Source of the DNA: Sphyrna mokarran
Lineage: Eukaryota
Direction: 5' to 3'
Length of the DNA stretch: 64,000 nt
Assembly (NCBI GenBank): GCA_024679065.1
Contig: JAGIQG010000009.1
Span: forward strand, 71,734,001 to 71,798,000
The first letter of the stretch is position 1. Each line of letters begins with the position of its first letter. Below are positions 39,471-52,177 of this stretch, one piece after another. Both the position numbers and the translations under genes were made by a program. The notes under the pieces were generated by a model. It did not search any database. It saw nothing but the letters and a program-made list of their open reading frames with translations, and was not told the DNA's origin.

Positions 39471-40141
39471 ATTGTGAGTGCCAAGGGCACACACACACAC
39501 ACACACACACACACGCTCATGGAGTTATGGGCTCAAATCAAAAAGATGGATTTCTACCTTCCTTTAAGGGTGGAAATCTGCTGGTCTGTCCTTCATGTAA
39601 TTCCAGAGTCACAGCAATGTGGTTGCCTCTCAACTGCCCTCCAAAGGCAATTAGGAATGATTAATAAATGCTGGTCAACCAATGATGCCCATGTTTCATG
39701 AATGAATAAAAAAAAACTTTAAAGTAGTTAACACAGCCATTTCAATTTTCCATTTGTTAAATTTAATTGAAAACTGGTTTCTTTGTCATTTGGGGAAATT
39801 ATTATTTCAGAAATCTGTTTTTTCCACAGAAGCAACAGATAATAAAGGACCAATGTTAAATCCTGATAGGAAGCTGACTGGAAAGTACACTATTCCAGCG
39901 TGAGAATCCTGATCTTGTCAGGCCTTATATAAATGGTTCCAGTATCATTCTCACCCACTATGGATGGGAGGTGTCAGTTAACCACGTTCTGACAATAAGG
40001 GAAGGGTTGGGTGGGTGGGGGTGATAAGATTGTTGGTTGGAAGAATCTTGAACCCAATGAGGCCTTAACTGTCCCATGAGGGTTTTGGAGAGACAGCTCA
40101 GCTTCCTGTTGAGAGCTGTTCAGCTTTCCTGTCAACTTAAT

Positions 40142-40305
40142 GGGCTGAACTTTTCCAAAAAAATGACCATGGCTAATTTTCTTCCATCTCGCTCCCCATG
40201 GGAATCATTGCGCGTGAAACAGAAAATTTGGTGAACTATTTAAAGGTCCACTGAGCTTGCATAGGAATTTTCGGTCTTGGATCACACATGGCGAGAGAAT
40301 CCCAT
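40142..40305. mobile_element. MITE, same family
   Basis: GGGCTGAACTTTTCC start; internal CCATGGGAATCAT and GTCCACTGA as in the 17094 copy. Confidence 0.5.
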
Positions 40306-42479
40306 CTTAAATGTTATTTTAGGCGAGAAAGTCAATGCAATTGGCGGTGGTATGTTAGTGTGAATCAGATCGCAATCACCCACATTTGGTGTGCTTAAAG
40401 AGCCCCCACAAGAAACCAGAAGCTGGTATGGAGTCCCCAAGTGTGTAACTCACCGGAACTGGCTTGCAGCTCTAAACTGTTAATGAGGGGGAGCTGCATT
40501 TAAACGCTCCCTCTGCACTCAGTCACACCAGGAGGATGGCACCTTGAGGAACAGCTCCACACTTGATGGAGGGCAAGAGAATGACTTCTGGATGCCATGG
40601 TGGGCCAGCCTGTAATCCCAAGTGGGTAGATGACCCAGGAGCAGGGAAGCAAAGGCAGCCTGGGATGCAATGGCTGTAAGTCTGACACTGAGAAATGCTG
40701 TCTAATGTTGCAAGAAAATGGATGACCTTGTTCAAGCTGCAAGGGTGAGCATCCATCTGTCCTGTCCTGGAATCAGTCCTGGTTGTCACACCGGGAATGT
40801 TCACGTCAATCCATCCCCTGATACCCTGCCCAGCACCCAGCATCTTCCTCAAATCACTTTGGCACTCCTTTTCACAACAGCTGGCTGTTGAGGCACAATG
40901 CCAACATATACCACCTGTTAACCCCTCCTCCCTCAACCATCAAGCTTTCAATCATTCCCACAGGAGGAAATAACCTATAATAAAAAAAAAGAAATGGGGA
41001 GGGAATAGACTGGCAGGGGATTTTCAGAGCTGTGCCCCCTTACAACCTACAAGGATAGATCAATGCAGATCTCAGGGAAGCCAGACAACAGAGCTGTGAC
41101 TGTCAATGAGGTTTCCCTGTGCATTAGAGGTGACAATGCATAGGAGCTTCATCCATATGACCTGTACCCAGATACCTGTCCTACCCTTGCAATGAACCAC
41201 ATTCCTTTCCTTGCAGGATCAACACTTGATGAGGCCAGTCATCAGGAGTCAACATACTCTGCTCCCCTTGTGACCCCCGCAAGCCTCTTAGCAGTAAAGC
41301 ACTGCAAGGAAAGCACTGATCAGGCCTCACAGACATCACCCGCATCATCCACTAGTGCAGAGACACACACATCGATGGGTGAAATTAGTCCACATGCTTA
41401 AGGCTTACTATCTGGTGAGTATCATATAGCAGCTGATGCACTTCAGACAGTGATGGGCATGTCTGAGCGATTGGGCAGGCAGAGGTCAGCTGGATCCCAA
41501 GAAACAGCTGGCCTCCAGCCAGATGCTCAGTTACCAGAAAACATTTTCCCAAAGCTGCAGGAGACGCAGAGGCAGAGCTAGGAACCACAGGAGGGTTTGT
41601 CAGCAACATTCGGGCAATTGAAAGGCTGCTTGGAGGATTCCCACAGCCTTAAGATGCAGGAGATGGTGCTAACATTGCACCCAGGCCAACACTGCAAGGG
41701 TGGCAACTCCAGGAATGGCAGAGCAAGATGACACAAAGGCTTCTGGCACTCATTCCTTCCCCTGGAGTGTCCCATTGGCCCGTGAGCATCCTGAGGGCAG
41801 AGGAAGCTCTGGAGGCCATCTCAGGCATTCCATGTAGGAGATTCTGGCAGTCACCAGCCTTTCTGAATCCTTCCCCCAACTCTCACCACCATCTGACATC
41901 TGTACATCTCAAAGGCAGCTGGCTGAAAAGGGAAGCACAGCTATCTATGTGATACCCAAAAGTCAGCCAGGGCCCTCTCCATCCTGACCCTCCAGAGTAT
42001 GCCTGCCAAGGGCATGATGGGGCATGGGGCATGGAAGATGGCAGTTTATCTCTCTGTCTGTACTCAGAATGTTCTACTGGCCTCTCAAGTAATCCAAACA
42101 GGGAGAGCCATGGAGACCCATGATGACCTGGATATCCTGGAATAAAAGCCTTGTCATTTACTGAAGTCTTGGCCCAACACAGGCCCATTACCCTGCTGTG
42201 ATGTCAATGTGACCCTCAGAGGGATACACTGAAGCACTTTTCTGGGGAGGGGGGGGTGAATTTGGGCAAGTGTCCTGGAAGAGTAGTCAAGGGTCTTGGA
42301 AGGGGCATGGAATTGTGGGTTTTCCTAGGGGGAAGGGGATCAGGGGCTGGATTTGGAGCTGTTGACACCAAACCGCCTAATCAGAACATCTAGTAACAGT
42401 CAGGGCCTCTCTGGTCCTCCTGGCAGCTTGGACCGTTGCTGTCACCTGTTCTCCATCTTCTGGGTCCTTCTCAGGCTCT

Positions 42480-43316
42480 TTCTCTACTCCCTGCTGGTTC
42501 ACTTCCTCTCCGGAGTGAGACTGTAACACTGCATAAAGTTATGGAGGGGCACAGCTGATCAACATGATATGGGAGACCCACTGAAAGGTGCCCCGTCCAG
42601 ATAGTGGGACCACATCTTGAGAATGCCAATTCTCACTCAATGACAGATAGGGTGGCAGTATAGGCCTCATTGTAACAACCCTGAGGATGCTCCATCCTGG
42701 ACCATGGCAGTGGCTAACTTACCCTTTCAAGATTTGTGTTAACTGGTGCTCACCTCCTTGCTTGCCATTACAATCCATGATCCACACTTCGAGGAATCAG
42801 TAGTGATTTATACCCCTGTAACTTACCACTGGGAGGGGTGGGAGACATTCCAAAAGGGGCGGGGGGGTGCTAATCATATTGTAAACATGCGTATGAGATT
42901 GAAGTCAAATCAATCTCATGTTAATCGGCCTCATGCCCTTTCTGGGTGAGATCTTGTTTGCGCCTGCAAGAAAACTCATTTAGCACAGGTGCAAAACCTG
43001 CTTATGGGTGCACACGCAATCTTTCTGGATTAGCGTGATCTGCTCCAGGCACAAGGGTAAGTTAGCCGCTGCCATGGTCCAGGATGGAGCATCCTCAGGG
43101 TTGTTACAATGAGGCCTATACTGCCACCCTATCTGTCATTGAGTGAGAATTGGCATTCTCAAGATGTGGTCCCACTATCTGGACAGGGCACTTTCAGTGG
43201 GTCTCCCATCAGCTGATCAGTTGATCCCATCAGTTGATCAGCTGTGCCCCTCCATAACTTTATGCAGTGTTAGAGTCTCACTCCGGAGAGGAAGTGAACC
43301 AGCAGGGAGTAGAGAA
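42480..43316. repeat. Inverted duplication, arms 42480-42726 and 43053-43316
   Basis: ~250-bp near-identical reverse-complement arms, ~326-bp spacer. Confidence 0.95.
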
Positions 43317-43489
43317 GGACGGAAAATCGCAACCAGCATGTCAGCTTGGCCACTTGTTAGTCAACAACGAGCCCAAACACAATGAGGATCTCATGTGTAC
43401 TATTTGCTGAAGAAAAATCCCAAAGAACAGATAAGGGTTTGGAGCTAAATTTCATTGTTTAGGGTATATTTGCAATCAGGCAGAGAATT

Positions 43490-43766
43490 TGAGCAGCATG
43501 ATTGCACAGTGGTTAACAGTGCTGTTTCACAGTGCTAGGGACTCAGGTTCAATTCCCAGCTTGAGTCAGTGTCTATGTGGAGTCTGCACATTCTCCCCAT
43601 GTCTGTGTGGCTTTCTCCAGATGCTCTGATTTCCTCCCACAGATGTGCTGGTTAAGTGCATTGATCTGAACAGGTGCTGGAGTGTGGCCACTAGGGGAAT
43701 TTTACAGTAACTTCATTGCAATGTTAATGTAAGCTTACTTGTGACGAATAAATACATTTTACTTTA
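43490..43766 (+). mobile_element. V-SINE type B
   Basis: Head, core, tail B. Confidence 0.85.
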
Positions 43767-45529
43767 AAAACGAAACCTTCACTTCTCACATGTCAAGGGT
43801 TGATGACACTTTCATGGCACCTCTTTTAAATTTGTACCCCCTCACACCGCAGCTTCCCCAAACCTTGTATTGCCACTGCCCACCACCCCATCTCCCGACC
43901 CAGCCTGATGCTAATACTATCATTAATTAACAGAGCTACCTCATCATTCCTCACCCTTTTCCTTATTTCTTGTCCTCCCTAAATGTCATGCAATCTTCAA
44001 TATTTTAGGTTCCAATCTTTTTCATTCTGCAGCTATGTCTCTGTAATGGTTATCAGGTTGCATTTGTTTCTATTTGAGCTAGCAGTTTATGTGTTGTTTT
44101 GAATGTTACATGCAGTCAGTTAAAGAGCCTTTAATTGTGTCCTTTTATTATTTTTGAAATGTCTAATCTTATCTGTTGACTTATTCCTACAATACTATAC
44201 TCTATACCTTCCTGTCATGGTCCACATTATTATTTTCCATATTAGCACTTCTCTTTCTTGCCTTGCCTCTACTCTTTGATTTACCACACCTTCTCAAATT
44301 TACTGCACCTTCTCAAAATAAGTATTAGCCACTTGCTGACTCATTTCTCTAGGCCATGCCTTGGCAATCAGGGTCAAATTGTATGATTTAAGTTTCAAAC
44401 AATGCTTGGCAGTTAACTATCAATCCCCTGGTGTATTCTCCACGGCAACGCCTCTCACAATCAGAGTTGACTTGCTACATTTAGATTATTGAATGCGGTT
44501 GTGGGCATCTTATTGATGCAAGTATGTAAGAGATATGGAAAGGTTATCACAATGATGCACTGCTGCAATATCAGGATTAAGAGATTATTGCTTTGAAGGA
44601 AAAAAATTAGATATACTAAAATTACAGTAATATATCCACTAAAATTGGATATATGATGATGAAATGTTGTTTCCACTGGTGAAAAGTCTGGGAGAAGGGA
44701 TAAAGGCTGAGGATTATTACAGGAAGAATGAAACAGAAGGTTTTTTTTCCCATGCAGACTGTTTTTAGGCTATGAAAATACCTGGCAGTACAGGTGACAA
44801 ATGTGTCATCTAAAACAGAAGTAATCAAAATATAAGAGTATAAAAGAGTACACTGACAATTTCTCCTAACCAGAGAGTGGAAGGCAGCTTACTCTATCTT
44901 GACTTTCACCTTCAAAGTTAACCATGCAGACAGTACCTTCAGAATGGTGAGTTCATGTCAAGCAGCAATGATTAACATCTTCTGGGCATATTAAGGTGTA
45001 GATTGGGCCCTGTAACTGCTGAAAGTCTGCAGCAAAGTTCATTTAAAGTTGTACACACACCTCATTTGACCTTAAGGTGCAACTGACAGAGAGATATGAT
45101 GAAGGATTAGTAAAATCTCTCAAATTACACAGTAATACATATTGCTGGTAATAATGCCTGTTGCCACTAGAGGCCATCAGGCATTACAAAATTACCAGCT
45201 TCTAGGATTGGAAGATTTGTCACTGGCATTAGTGTACCAGGCACTGTAGTACTATGTTATTGAATACAGCGAGGAGCAAAGTGTGTCAATGCAGATATGA
45301 AAAATATTGTGAAATTTAAATTTGCACAAAAAGTTTAAAACACATGCTGAGAAAAAAGGATAACTTGCATTTATCATGGTATCTTTCATATCTTTACTCG
45401 CCAAAATCATCTCATACAGCCAAATATTTTAAAGCTTAATAATTTTTGTAATGCAAAGGAAAGAGTAATGGAATTCCATGGCTTTTGGCCAAGACCAGTG
45501 AAGTCATTGGTGGTGGGAGCAAATTAAAT

Positions 45530-46320
45530 TGGAAAAGCCCAAGTAGCAGGAATTAGAGGTCAGATATCTCAGAGGATTGTGTGTTGGAGGACATTATTGA
45601 GACAGGGATAGATGGGATTGTGGAAAGATTTAAAGACAGGAATGGTTACATTAAGATCACAAACATTGTTTGCTCGAAAGCCAATGCTGATCAGTGGGTT
45701 TTGGAGTGATATGGAGAGTAGAATCCGCTCTGATTAAGATGCTGGCAATTTGGATGATTCTACGTTTTAATGAAGAATGGAATGTGGGAGACCAGCCAGT
45801 ACTATGTTTGAATAGGTCAGTCTCCAATTAACAAAGGCATAGATGAGGTGGGGGTGATATGGTGGTACAGTGCATAGCACTGCTACCTCACAGCGCTAGG
45901 ACTCTGGGTTCAATTCCAGCTTTGGGTGGAGTTTGCACGTTCTACCTGTGTCTATGTGGAGTTTCTCTGGGTGCTCCAGTTTTCTCCCACACTCCAAAGA
46001 TGTGTGGGTTAAGTTAATTGATCATGTTCAATTGCCACTTAGTGTCAGGGAAATTAGCAGGGTGAATATGTGAGGTTACAGGGATAGGGCCTGGCTGGAA
46101 TTATTATCATTGCTGGCTTGATGAGCCACATTGTATCTTTCTATACTGTATAGATTCTGTGACTGTTAGCAGATGAGCTGAGGCAGGTGACATTACAGAG
46201 GTGGAAGAAAGCAGTCTTAGTGATGACACTGATGTAGGTTATAGCTCATCTTGGGATCGAATGTAGCACAGATTGGCTTAATCTCAGAATTGCCCAGGGA
46301 GAGGTATGGAGTTAGCAGCC
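45530..46320 (-). mobile_element. L2 LINE fragment interrupted by a SINE
   Basis: AAAGCCAATG, AATAGGTCAGTCTCC...ACAAAGGCATAGATGAG: antisense L2 RT C-terminus. Confidence 0.55.
45850..46165 (+). mobile_element. HE1/V-SINE type A
   Basis: Head, core, tail A. Confidence 0.83.
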
Positions 46321-47151
46321 AAGGTGTAGTGGAGTTTGTGGGTGATGGGGGAAGAGCGGGTGAGCGGGAGTGGGGCTTGCGGGGGGGGGGGGGGCAGTGA
46401 TTGAAACAATTATATTCCCTTAAGGACACCACTGAACAGTTTCCTCTTGTCAGCAACGCTCAACACAATTTTGTAACTTTTAATTCAGTGTATTACTGCC
46501 AAAAAGCCAGATTTGTCCTTGTTCACCAGCCGTACTGTAGTGAACTTAAATATTCAATTCAGGGTTGTTTTAAACAATTCAAATGAAAAGAAGTGCAAAA
46601 GCCAGGGTGAAGCTTACTCATTGCATATGTCACAATGGGGTGGCATGACAGTGTTACAAATTGTCAACCTACTTTTCAGGTTGCATTTTTAAAAATGGAA
46701 TTGATTCAAAATGGACTTTGAGGGAGTCACCTTCTCATGTAGATTTCAACTATTCTCTCTTATCTCACAAGGAGACAAAAGGATGCATTCTAAGACATGA
46801 AAGACATTTGGAATTCAATGAGTGCTTGACAAATGTAAATAGATGCCAGTGACTTTGATGTATCTCACACAAAGATGTTGGCCAATAAGAAACTTGAATA
46901 ACCACCACAGCAGGTGGGAAGAGGATTGAGGTTGCAATTAAAATTATCCTTATATGGTTGCATGATACTGCAGCCAGTTTTATTCCCTGTTAAAATATAA
47001 CAAACATTTATAAGCAGACAGAACTCTTATCACTTAGAGAGGGGCCAACAAGAAGTGCCCCGAACTGCTAGACTTGACCAGTTAAAGAAGGGACGCACCA
47101 CAGCTCCTTGAAAGAGAAATAAAGAATCTCTTCTCTGCTTCTTCCCATCTC

Positions 47152-47282
47152 AGTAACAGTCTGGCAACACCAATTTTAAATCCAACCGATTTATTTGATA
47201 GTAAATCTGCGAGCTTTCAACTTTCGTCTTCGTCAGGCAAATGCAGTTTACCCCAGTCCAACGCTGGCATCTCTACATCATG
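47152..47282 (+). mobile_element. Mini Penelope pLTR insertion with inverted 5' part and 12-bp TSD
   Basis: TSD TCTTCCCATCTC at 47140-47151 and 47283-47294; 47152-47244 is antisense pLTR and 47245-47282 is the sense 3' end; closely matches the pLTR at 5612-5752. Confidence 0.88.
47205..47242 (-). ncRNA. Complete minimal type I hammerhead ribozyme
   Basis: ATTTGC-CTGACGA-A-GAC-GAAA-GTT-GAAA-GC-TC-GCAGAT: 6-bp stem I (one G-U), stem II with GNRA loop, AGCT palindromic stem III, CUC cleavage triplet. Confidence 0.82.
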
Positions 47283-47489
47283 TCTTCCCATCTCTCCCAA
47301 CCTGGTTCCATCTCCCTGTTTACCTACTGGGGAGGTGATGGCTTCGTGGTATTATTGCTGGACTATTAATCCAGAAACTCAGCTAATGTTCTGCGGACCT
47401 GGGATTTCAATCCCCGCCATAGCAGATGATGGAATTCAAATTTAATAAAAATATGGAATTTATGGTCATTTGAGGGAATAATGGAAATA

Positions 47490-48840
47490 CCTAAATAAAT
47501 AAACCTTAAGGGAGAAACCTCGAAAGGGGAAAGGAGCACGGTGGGCGAAGGTGTCCCTCTAAAGGCATGGCCTCAAGTTCTGCAAAATTAATGTTAAAGC
47601 CTGAAAAGAAGCAAAACCTACCCACAACGTCAATAATAGCAGGAACAGAAACAACAGGATTAAACATGAATGGCAACACATCATCCGTGCATAATGTGAT
47701 CTTAAATTGCTTTCCACCACTACACAAGCAAATACCAAAGGATGATGTCTAATTGTCTCCACTGGGGGTTCAATAGCTGTTGCACACAGTAACAGTGATA
47801 ACGGACAATCCTGCCTAGTCCCTCGCTGAAGACAAAAATGATCACATCTACAATGGTCAGTAAGAAATCCTGTCAGTGGATTTTTATAAAACGCTTGTAT
47901 CCACTTAACAAACTCCACCCAGCCCAGATTTCTGCCGCCTGCAGAGTTGATAATTCTGTTCCACTCATTCTAAAGCTTTCTGCATCTTGTAAGATTACTA
48001 AGCTATCTATCGTCTGCTTTCAGAAGACCTGAATGATACTTAATAACTTCCGAACGTTGTTACAAGAATTCTGGCCCTTTATATTTACCTAGTCTGATTG
48101 CCCTGGGTAATCAAGGGGAGGATATTTTCTAGCTGTATCACCAGTGTTGTAGACAACAATTTCAAATCTATATTCAAGAGTGAGATTGGCTGAAAGGATG
48201 TACATTCCTCAGGATTCTTGTCTCCCTTCAGAAGTAAGGAGCTATTTGCTTTTTGAAGGGACTGTGGCAGCAAATCTGTTTCAAATGAGTGGTCACACAC
48301 ACCAATCAAAAGATTTCTTATCAAGTTTTTAAATTCCTGATAAAATTCTCTCACAAAACCACCAGGCCCCTGAGATTCATAGATTGAAGATCCCTGAAGG
48401 CAAAAAAAACTTCCCCCTTAGAAATGGGAGCATTTAGGTTCAATCTTTGGTCTTCAGAAGTTGTTGGGAGTTTGAAGGAAGAAAATGAGTATTCCATACG
48501 TACTAATGCATGTCCAGACTGATCTGTTCCATATAAATCAGCATAGAAGTTCTTAAAAGTTTATTAATCAGTGTCACAAGTAGGCTTACATTAACACCGC
48601 AACAAAGTTACTGTGAAAATCCCCCAGTCGCCACACCTGTTCGGATACACTGAGGAGAATTTAGCATGGCCAATGCACCTAACAAATGCCTTATAAATAT
48701 CTTCCATCCTAATCATCCTTTTCCCCTGGAGGCTAGCACAGATGAAATAGTCTAATTTCTTCTTAGTAAGGAGAGCCAAATATCAATTTGTTTTTTTTCT
48801 AAACTCATGTAGTTTTTGTCTGGCAAACTATATGCTCCCA
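47490..48840 (-). mobile_element. L1-clade LINE ORF2 relic
   Basis: EFYQEFKN...KGDKNPEECTSFQPISLLNIDLKLLS; FVKWIQAFYKNP...LQRGTRQDCPLSLLL; KITLCTDDVL; KLDYFI endonuclease piece. Confidence 0.85.
48549..48684 (-). mobile_element. V-SINE type B 3' part within the L1 relic
   Basis: Tail B plus AATTTAGCATGGCCAATG. Confidence 0.8.
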
Positions 48841-49617
48841 TCAGCACGTTGAGGCAGCAAGAACTCCAGTGCTGTTTGGATTGCATTAATTTCTTTCACG
48901 TTGAACAGCTAGGATTCTTACCATTCTTTTTCTCTGATTCAACTATTTTTACTTCAGGAGAATAGGAGCATGGTTAGAGATCACAATACTACCTAAGGAG
49001 CAGGAGATCACTGAGTGAAATATTGCTTTTGGCATGAGAAAATAATCAATTCTGGTGTTACATTTGTGGTGAATGCAGAAGAAGATGAACTCTGTACCTT
49101 TAGGATGCATTGTTCTCCAAACATTCAAGTACCCTCCCTCCTCGCATACCTATGCTTATGCCTTTGCCTGATAATTGGGAGGATGCCTATTTATGGAAAG
49201 TTTGTTCATCAAAGGATTAAATATTTAACACAGCTAAAATGTGAAGTCCGCCTAGCCAATTGGTCTGTCCACCAACCATAACAGCAGATGGGTCATGTAA
49301 AATTGCATTCAATTTTCCCTTAAATGGGCTAAAATTATGGGTTTGATTGTGGAGGAAGACGCTTCCAAATCTTGCATGTACCTGCCAATCAAATTATTGT
49401 GCAAGGACACAGCAATGTCAGTAAGCATACCTGACGCCTTCTCGCACGATTCCACGTACTTTCAGGTTGGGTTGTATGTCTGCCTAATCATCTTGCCTAA
49501 ATTGTGGCCATGATCTGAATTAGGATAGATTTCCAGAACTTGAGGTTCAGATGTATTACAGGGAAAAGTTATCCAATAGCAGGGAACTGGAAGATCAAAA
49601 AGGATAGCTGGAGAACA

Positions 49618-50160
49618 GAAGAACATAAGAAATAGTAACTGGAGGAGACCATTATGGCCTCAATCCTGCTTTTCCATTTAGAATGATCTCGTATCACAGC
49701 TCTACCTTTCTGCACTACCTCTTTATCTCTTAATCCCCTCAGTATTTGGCTATCTATTGGTCTCTGTCCTGAATATACTCAACAACTGAGCATCCCGAAT
49801 GCTCTGGAATAGAAAATTCCAAAGATCCACAATTCTTTGAGTTGAAATTTCTTCTCATTTCAGTCTTAAATGGCTAAGAGGTGACGTTTTAATCTGAGAC
49901 TGTGGTTCCTTGGTCCAGACTCTTAGCTAGGGGAAACATCGTCTCAACATCAATCTGTCAATCCCCATGAAAGTTTTCAATGTTTCAGTGAGATCAACTC
50001 TCTATGTTCCTAAATGTGGTGAAAATAGACCTAGTTGACTCAATCTCTTCTTATGGGACAATTCCCTCATTCCAGCAATCAGTGTCATGAACTGTCAGTG
50101 TGCACACTCCATGGCCAATATACCCTTTCAAGGCTCAAAACTGGATGCAGTAGTCAGTCC
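49618..50160 (-). mobile_element. CR1 3' fragment
   Basis: AGAACATAAGAAATAG tail; TTCCAAAGATCCACAATTCTTTGAG. Confidence 0.65.
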
Positions 50161-52177
50161 AAAAGAAATACTCATTTCGATTGTGCCATTAAGATTTGAA
50201 CATCTATTAGAGCAGGAAGATGCAATGGGAGGGGGCTCAATGCTGGAGTGCAGCACTTCTTCAGCGCAGTATAACTCAGTGACTTGTATTATGAACTTAG
50301 GTCAGAGTTTGGGTCACTATCCCTCAATGTTTAACCCGGGGCGAGAGAGGACAACCAAGTGGGCATCGCTAAATAGAAGTTAAGCGAGCATTTCAAACTC
50401 TCTATATTAAGTTGATACAATTGCTTTAGCGTGGAATTATGATTTGAATGTAAAACTTTCTTAAGGAATAGTTGAGGTGAATAGCATCTTTTCAGGGTAA
50501 GCTAAATAAATACATGAAGAAGAAAGGAATAGAAGGATGTACTGATTGGCTTTTACAAAGAGGGTGTAATGTGAATGTCATGAGTTGCATGAACAACAGC
50601 ATAGATCAGCTGGGCCGAATGGCCTATTTCTGAATAATAAATACTATGTAGTCCTCTACAAAGAAAGAGCTTCTCCATTTGTAAACTAATCTAAATCTTA
50701 ATATTTCTTCAGCAACCTCGCACTGACGTTGTAATTCATTTAACACATCTGTAATTTTCTGATCCTCTTGTGATATTCGTAATAAACAAATCCATTAACG
50801 GCCATATAATTTAAAACTCTGTCTCGTCTGAGCAAGGCGAATAGAAAAGGGAAAATTCTTTTGATCCCTTGCACTGCTATCACAAATCTCATTTTCTAAT
50901 TTTCTCCCTTCTTCACATCTGTAGTGCCAACTGCAATGTCCTCGTTTCACAAATTTACATATTAATTTGCTAAAAATACTCACACTGCATACTTAAGCTA
51001 ACAGAACCCAAAGGAAATACTTCCTCACAGATATGATGGAAAATCATTTGGCCACGTTGATACATTATTGCCACCGTGTGCCTCTGTCTGATTCCTACAT
51101 GCGAGAAGAAACCAAAGGACAGCCACTGGCAAATGGAAGCAGCAGTTATAGTATCATGTATCCAGCTACAATGCTGTAACACAGAACCAGAACCAGGCAC
51201 AGGAATACATTCAAGGATCAGAAACAAAGTCAGGTAGAAATGTTGCACAAAATATACATAGAATGCACAGTTCATTTGACCCAGGTGGTGTTATTTATGC
51301 TCCACATGAGTTTCCTCTAACTTCCCTTGCCTAATTCTATCAGCACAATTTTCAATTTCCTTCTGCCTCGTGCTTCTTTGTCTATGATACTCCTCGATCA
51401 CTTCACGTAATAACCACAAAATTTGAGCCATCTCTGTGCAGAGAAGTTTGTCTTGAATTCCCAATGGGTGTTATTAGTCAATAAATAAGATTTACAGCCC
51501 TCAGTTTTGTTCTTTCCACATGCAGAGATATCGGGGGGTGAGGGGGGGGGGGTGTGTTCTCCCTTCCCACCCCACTAATTTTCTCAGCAGGATGAGAGAA
51601 TCTCATGGCCAGGAATGCACAGGATTTGTACATAAGCTCCTGCCATGTGCACATCTCCCAGTGTGAATTCTAGTGTGAGCTCCCACTGGAAAAGAAGCAG
51701 TGTGAATTTACTCCAGTTTTCCCGTGAATTCCATACCTAGAATTTTTGGAGAGAATTCCATCCATCTTCTCTCTATTATATCTTCTATACATAGTTATCT
51801 ATTATACCTTCTTTCTTCTCTAGTCTACCCTATCCCCCATTTTGTTACCTTAATCTGGCTGAAGCTTTTGCCTTTCTAGAGAACCTACTCCAGCCTGTTC
51901 AATCTTTCCTGATCAGTAACCACTCAGAGCTAGTATCATCCTAATAAATTTACATATTTTTTGAAACGATGGGAGGGATTACCTGAACTCCCCGCTGCAT
52001 CTTTCTGCTGTTGGGAGATGACGTGCCAAATTGGGTCCCGCAGTTAAGAGTAGGACTTCACCGGGAAATCTGCAGCAGAGGTGCACTGTCCGTGGATCCA
52101 GGGGATCTCACCAGACTGAAGAGCTGGGGAATTCTAGCCAGTATGTAGGCCAGAACTATTCATAGGAGTGTGGGCTT

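Larger units (their letters stand above)
39850..43335. mobile_element. Decayed PIF/Harbinger transposon: Myb/SANT gene (+) convergent with DDE transposase relic (-)
   Basis: Plus strand KKMDDLVQAAR, GTGAG intron 40745-40963 ending CAG, then EEITYNK...TGRG; minus 42530-42690 YNEAYTATLSVIE / IGILKMWSHYLD / LHN; TIR-like end GGAAAATCGCAACC at 43321-43334. Confidence 0.72.

Noticed and set aside
42530-43270. Domesticated HARBI1-like host gene
   Set aside because: Frameshifts and stops, partial domain; an ordinary Harbinger relic
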